24,711 nucleotides of DNA from Octopus sinensis (taxonomy: Eukaryota), in NCBI RefSeq assembly GCF_006345805.1, contig NW_021836437.1, positions 1 through 24,711 of the forward strand. The letters run 5' to 3'. Of the stretch, positions 22,209 to 24,711 are shown in pieces. A program made the position numbers and the translations under genes. Each line of letters opens with the position of its first letter. Position 1 is the stretch's first letter. Under the pieces are notes generated by a model that saw nothing but the letters and a program-made list of their open reading frames with translations, did not search any database and was not told where the DNA came from.

Positions 22209-22333
22209 TATATATAATATATATTATATATATATAAAGTTAATCCAAACAAGAAAACAAAACAAAAAACAACAACGCAAGGACGTGGAACAAATAGTAT
22301 TATGGACGCTCAGGAAAGAAGTGAAGAAGGAGG

Positions 22334-22367
22334 GTTGACGTTTCGAGCGGAGCTCTTCGTCGGACAC
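22334..22367 (-). ncRNA. Minimal type I hammerhead ribozyme motif (copy 2, stem I eroded)
   Basis: Minus strand GUGU-CCGACGA-A-GAGC(UCC)GCUC-GAA-ACGU-C-AAC. Confidence 0.6.
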
Positions 22368-22739
22368 ATAGGAGAAGGAAAGATCCCGAGAAAGGAAGAC
22401 AGGGGAAAAAAATCGCTAGTGATACACACGAGGTCACATACTAAAAGACGGAAGTAGTAAAAGTAGAAGAATAATGCTTTTTAAAAGACAGGAGAGCTAT
22501 ATCAAAGACAGTGGGTAAAGAAAGTGAGAGGGGGAATGTGTGTGGGTGTAGTGCGTGCGGGGAGGTCAGCGTGTGCGCGTGTGTGTGTATGTGTGCTATG
22601 ATGACACGTGTGTGTGTGTTTGTGTGCGTGTGTGTGTGTGTATGGCGAACAACTGGCTAGCTGGCTAGTAGTAAAAATTATAATATAATATATATTATAT
22701 ATATATTATTATATATTATTATAAAAATTATTATATACT

Positions 22740-22965
22740 TGTGTTCATGATAACAAATGCTCACTTTCATGTAGGCCCTTGGGCGGAGGGATTTTTTAGA
22801 ATGATTTCTTTTCACGGTAAACAGAGTTTGCAAATCCCACGGATGGTAAGTCTGCTCTGCTCTGACGTTGGAGTTGTATTGTGCAGTGGTTTCTTTCAAC
22901 GTCCATACATGTCTTGCCAAAGTTGTAGTGTAATGCCTTCGTTGCATATTTGGGGAGAACTATAG
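22740..22965 (-). mobile_element. C-terminus of a Penelope-like GIY-YIG endonuclease, decayed
   Basis: Manual translation RRHYTTTLARHVWTLKE...YN, then frameshifted GICKLCLP*KEIILK; fits the T.LSKHIW.LK...CxLCL.EK..I pattern. Confidence 0.65.
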
Positions 22966-23089
22966 GAAACTTTAGTAAATATGCTGAAAACTCGAAACCT
23001 CGAAAATTGATACCATCACCGTCGCCGTCGCCCTGTTCATCGTCGTTGTTCTCTTTCTTCTACACCTCCTCCACCTCCTTCTCCTCTTC

Positions 23090-23135
23090 ATCATCATCAT
23101 CATCATCATCATCATTAGCATTATTATTATTATCA

Positions 23136-23177
<42 letters not shown>

Positions 23178-23393
23178 CATCATCATCATCATCATCGTCA
23201 TCATCATCATCATCATCATCGTTTTTATTGTTATTATTATCATCATCATTATCATCATCTTCATCATTATTATTATTATTATTATTATCATCATCATCAT
23301 CATCATCATCATTATTATTATTATTATCATCATCATCATCATCATCATCATTATCATTATTATTATTATTATCATTATTAATATTATTATTAC
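23090..23393. repeat. Mixed (ATC)n/(ATT)n microsatellite
   Basis: Direct sequence; abuts the 3' end of the Dong element. Confidence 0.96.
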
Positions 23394-24711
23394 TTTTTTT
23401 TTCCTTCTTTCAGATTTGCTTGCATTTCTTGCCGAGTGTCTTCCCGACTCCTAGGGCAAAGAAACTCATAGTATACATTGTTAGGCCATTAAACCAAACT
23501 CAGTAGTTCGTTCATGTTTTTTTTTTTTTTTTAAAGTTAATTAAATACATGAGCAGCAATAGTTCTCACATCGACAATGCTCTTCTCAATACGTGTGATG
23601 TACCAGTTAAGACAATCTTTTGCACTTCTTGCAGGGATGGTAAGGCAGGGATCAGTCTCATATAATTTTCGGTTCCCTTCTTTATCATCCCTAGTACTCC
23701 TACAATCACTGGTATTGTAACCGCCTTGAGATGCCACATTTTCTCAATTTCAATGAGTAGGTCTTTATATTTTCTGAGCTTGTCAAAATCTTTCGCTGCG
23801 ATATTATGATCACAGGGGATGCTCATGTCGATCAATAAGCAAACTTTATTGTTTTGGTCTTTCACAACAATATCTGGTTTATTGGCCTTGATGGTTCGGT
23901 CTGTATGTACTGGAAAGTCCCACAGAATGGTTACATTTTCTCCTTCTGTTACAGCCTCAGGGTGGTGATTATACCACTTGTCGGCAGTTTTGATATTGTA
24001 ATGCCGACTTATTAGCCAGTGGAGATATTGGCCAACTCTGTCATGTCTTAAGTCATACTCCACTGGTGCTAAGACTTACATCCAGAGATTAGGTGGTCCA
24101 CTTGTTTCAATCATGTCGTTGCAGAATCGGCATTTTGGGTCTGCTCCATTTTTCATCACATTGGCCTGGTAGTTCCGGGTTAATAGGCTTTGATCTTGAG
24201 CAGCCAGGATGAAACCTTCGCTCTCTGCTTTTAGCCCTGAGCTCCGTAGCCACTGATGGGTTTGCTTCTGGTCAACATCAGCTTGTCTGCTGCGGGTCAC
24301 ATATTTGCCGTACAGAGGTTTCTCCTCCCAACTATCAGCCAATTGCTCGTGCGCTTTTTTCATTGCCATCATTTTCACCTTCTCTGCAACAATAGTTGCC
24401 GTACTTCCCTCGGGTTGTACAGTTTGGGTATCCTGCACGAGATCAATAGCAAATTTTTTGCTTTCCTTTATGATAGAATGAAGCTTCTTTCGTCTTTCGT
24501 GATTTTCCACGAGCTTTAGCATCGAGTCATTCGATATTTCGAGATATTTGGCCAGTCCAATTGAGGTTGTTTTGTAAGCTAGTTCAAATTAGATCAGGCC
24601 TCGACCTCCTTGGACTCTGGGAAGGTAAAGGCGATCTACGTCTGCCTTTGGGTGGTGCATCCTATTACAACTCAGCAGCATGCGTATTTTACTATCTATA
24701 TTCTTTACTTC
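23394..24711 (-). mobile_element. 3' part of a Dong/R4-type non-LTR retrotransposon (RT end, CCHC finger, REL endonuclease, 3' UTR)
   Basis: RLYLPRVQGGRGL; QWLRSSGLKAESEGFILAAQDQSL; CRFC...RHDRV; KANKPDIVVKD...LIDMSIP...K..KY; stop at 23566; the 3' UTR runs into (TAA)n. One premature stop and compensating indels near 24065-24100. Confidence 0.93.

Larger units (their letters stand above)
21941..22450 (-). mobile_element. Tandem ~290-bp pLTR-like units of a Penelope-like element
   Basis: TATATAAAGTTAATCCAAAC at 21941 and 22231; each unit holds a hammerhead motif; located 3' (minus sense) of a GIY-YIG C-terminus. Confidence 0.75.

Overview
AT-rich, repeat-saturated animal genomic DNA, not prokaryotic. 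The SINE/LINE/microsatellite landscape looks like a coleoid cephalopod, most likely Octopus (recognised by eye, not searched). Almost every ORF in the supplied track is a microsatellite or decayed-transposon artefact. The only credible host-gene piece is a minus-strand first coding exon (6432-6654) encoding a signal peptide plus three N-glycosylation sequons. The rest comprises: three kinds of tRNA-derived SINE (informal labels SINE-A, SINE-B and an Arg-like head pair); a ~2.6-kb SINE-derived satellite with a 3-monomer higher-order repeat; Dong/R4-type (REL-endonuclease) LINE fragments in (TAA)n; a CR1/L2-group LINE 3' end; L1/Tx1-type fragments; a decayed Penelope RT; a Ulp1-protease remnant; a Lep1/HINE-like helitron derivative; and 87-bp and ~143-bp tandem arrays. 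Top signal: two tandem ~290-bp pLTR-like units (21941-22450), downstream of a Penelope GIY-YIG C-terminus, each carrying a minimal type I hammerhead ribozyme with a palindromic ACGU stem III and a non-canonical U4C core. Also notable: a SINE flanked by a 164-bp target-site-like duplication, and a SINE/LINE pair sharing a covarying 3' hairpin. No CRISPR, rRNA or true tRNA genes are supported. Most repeat boundaries are approximate (+/- ~10 nt).
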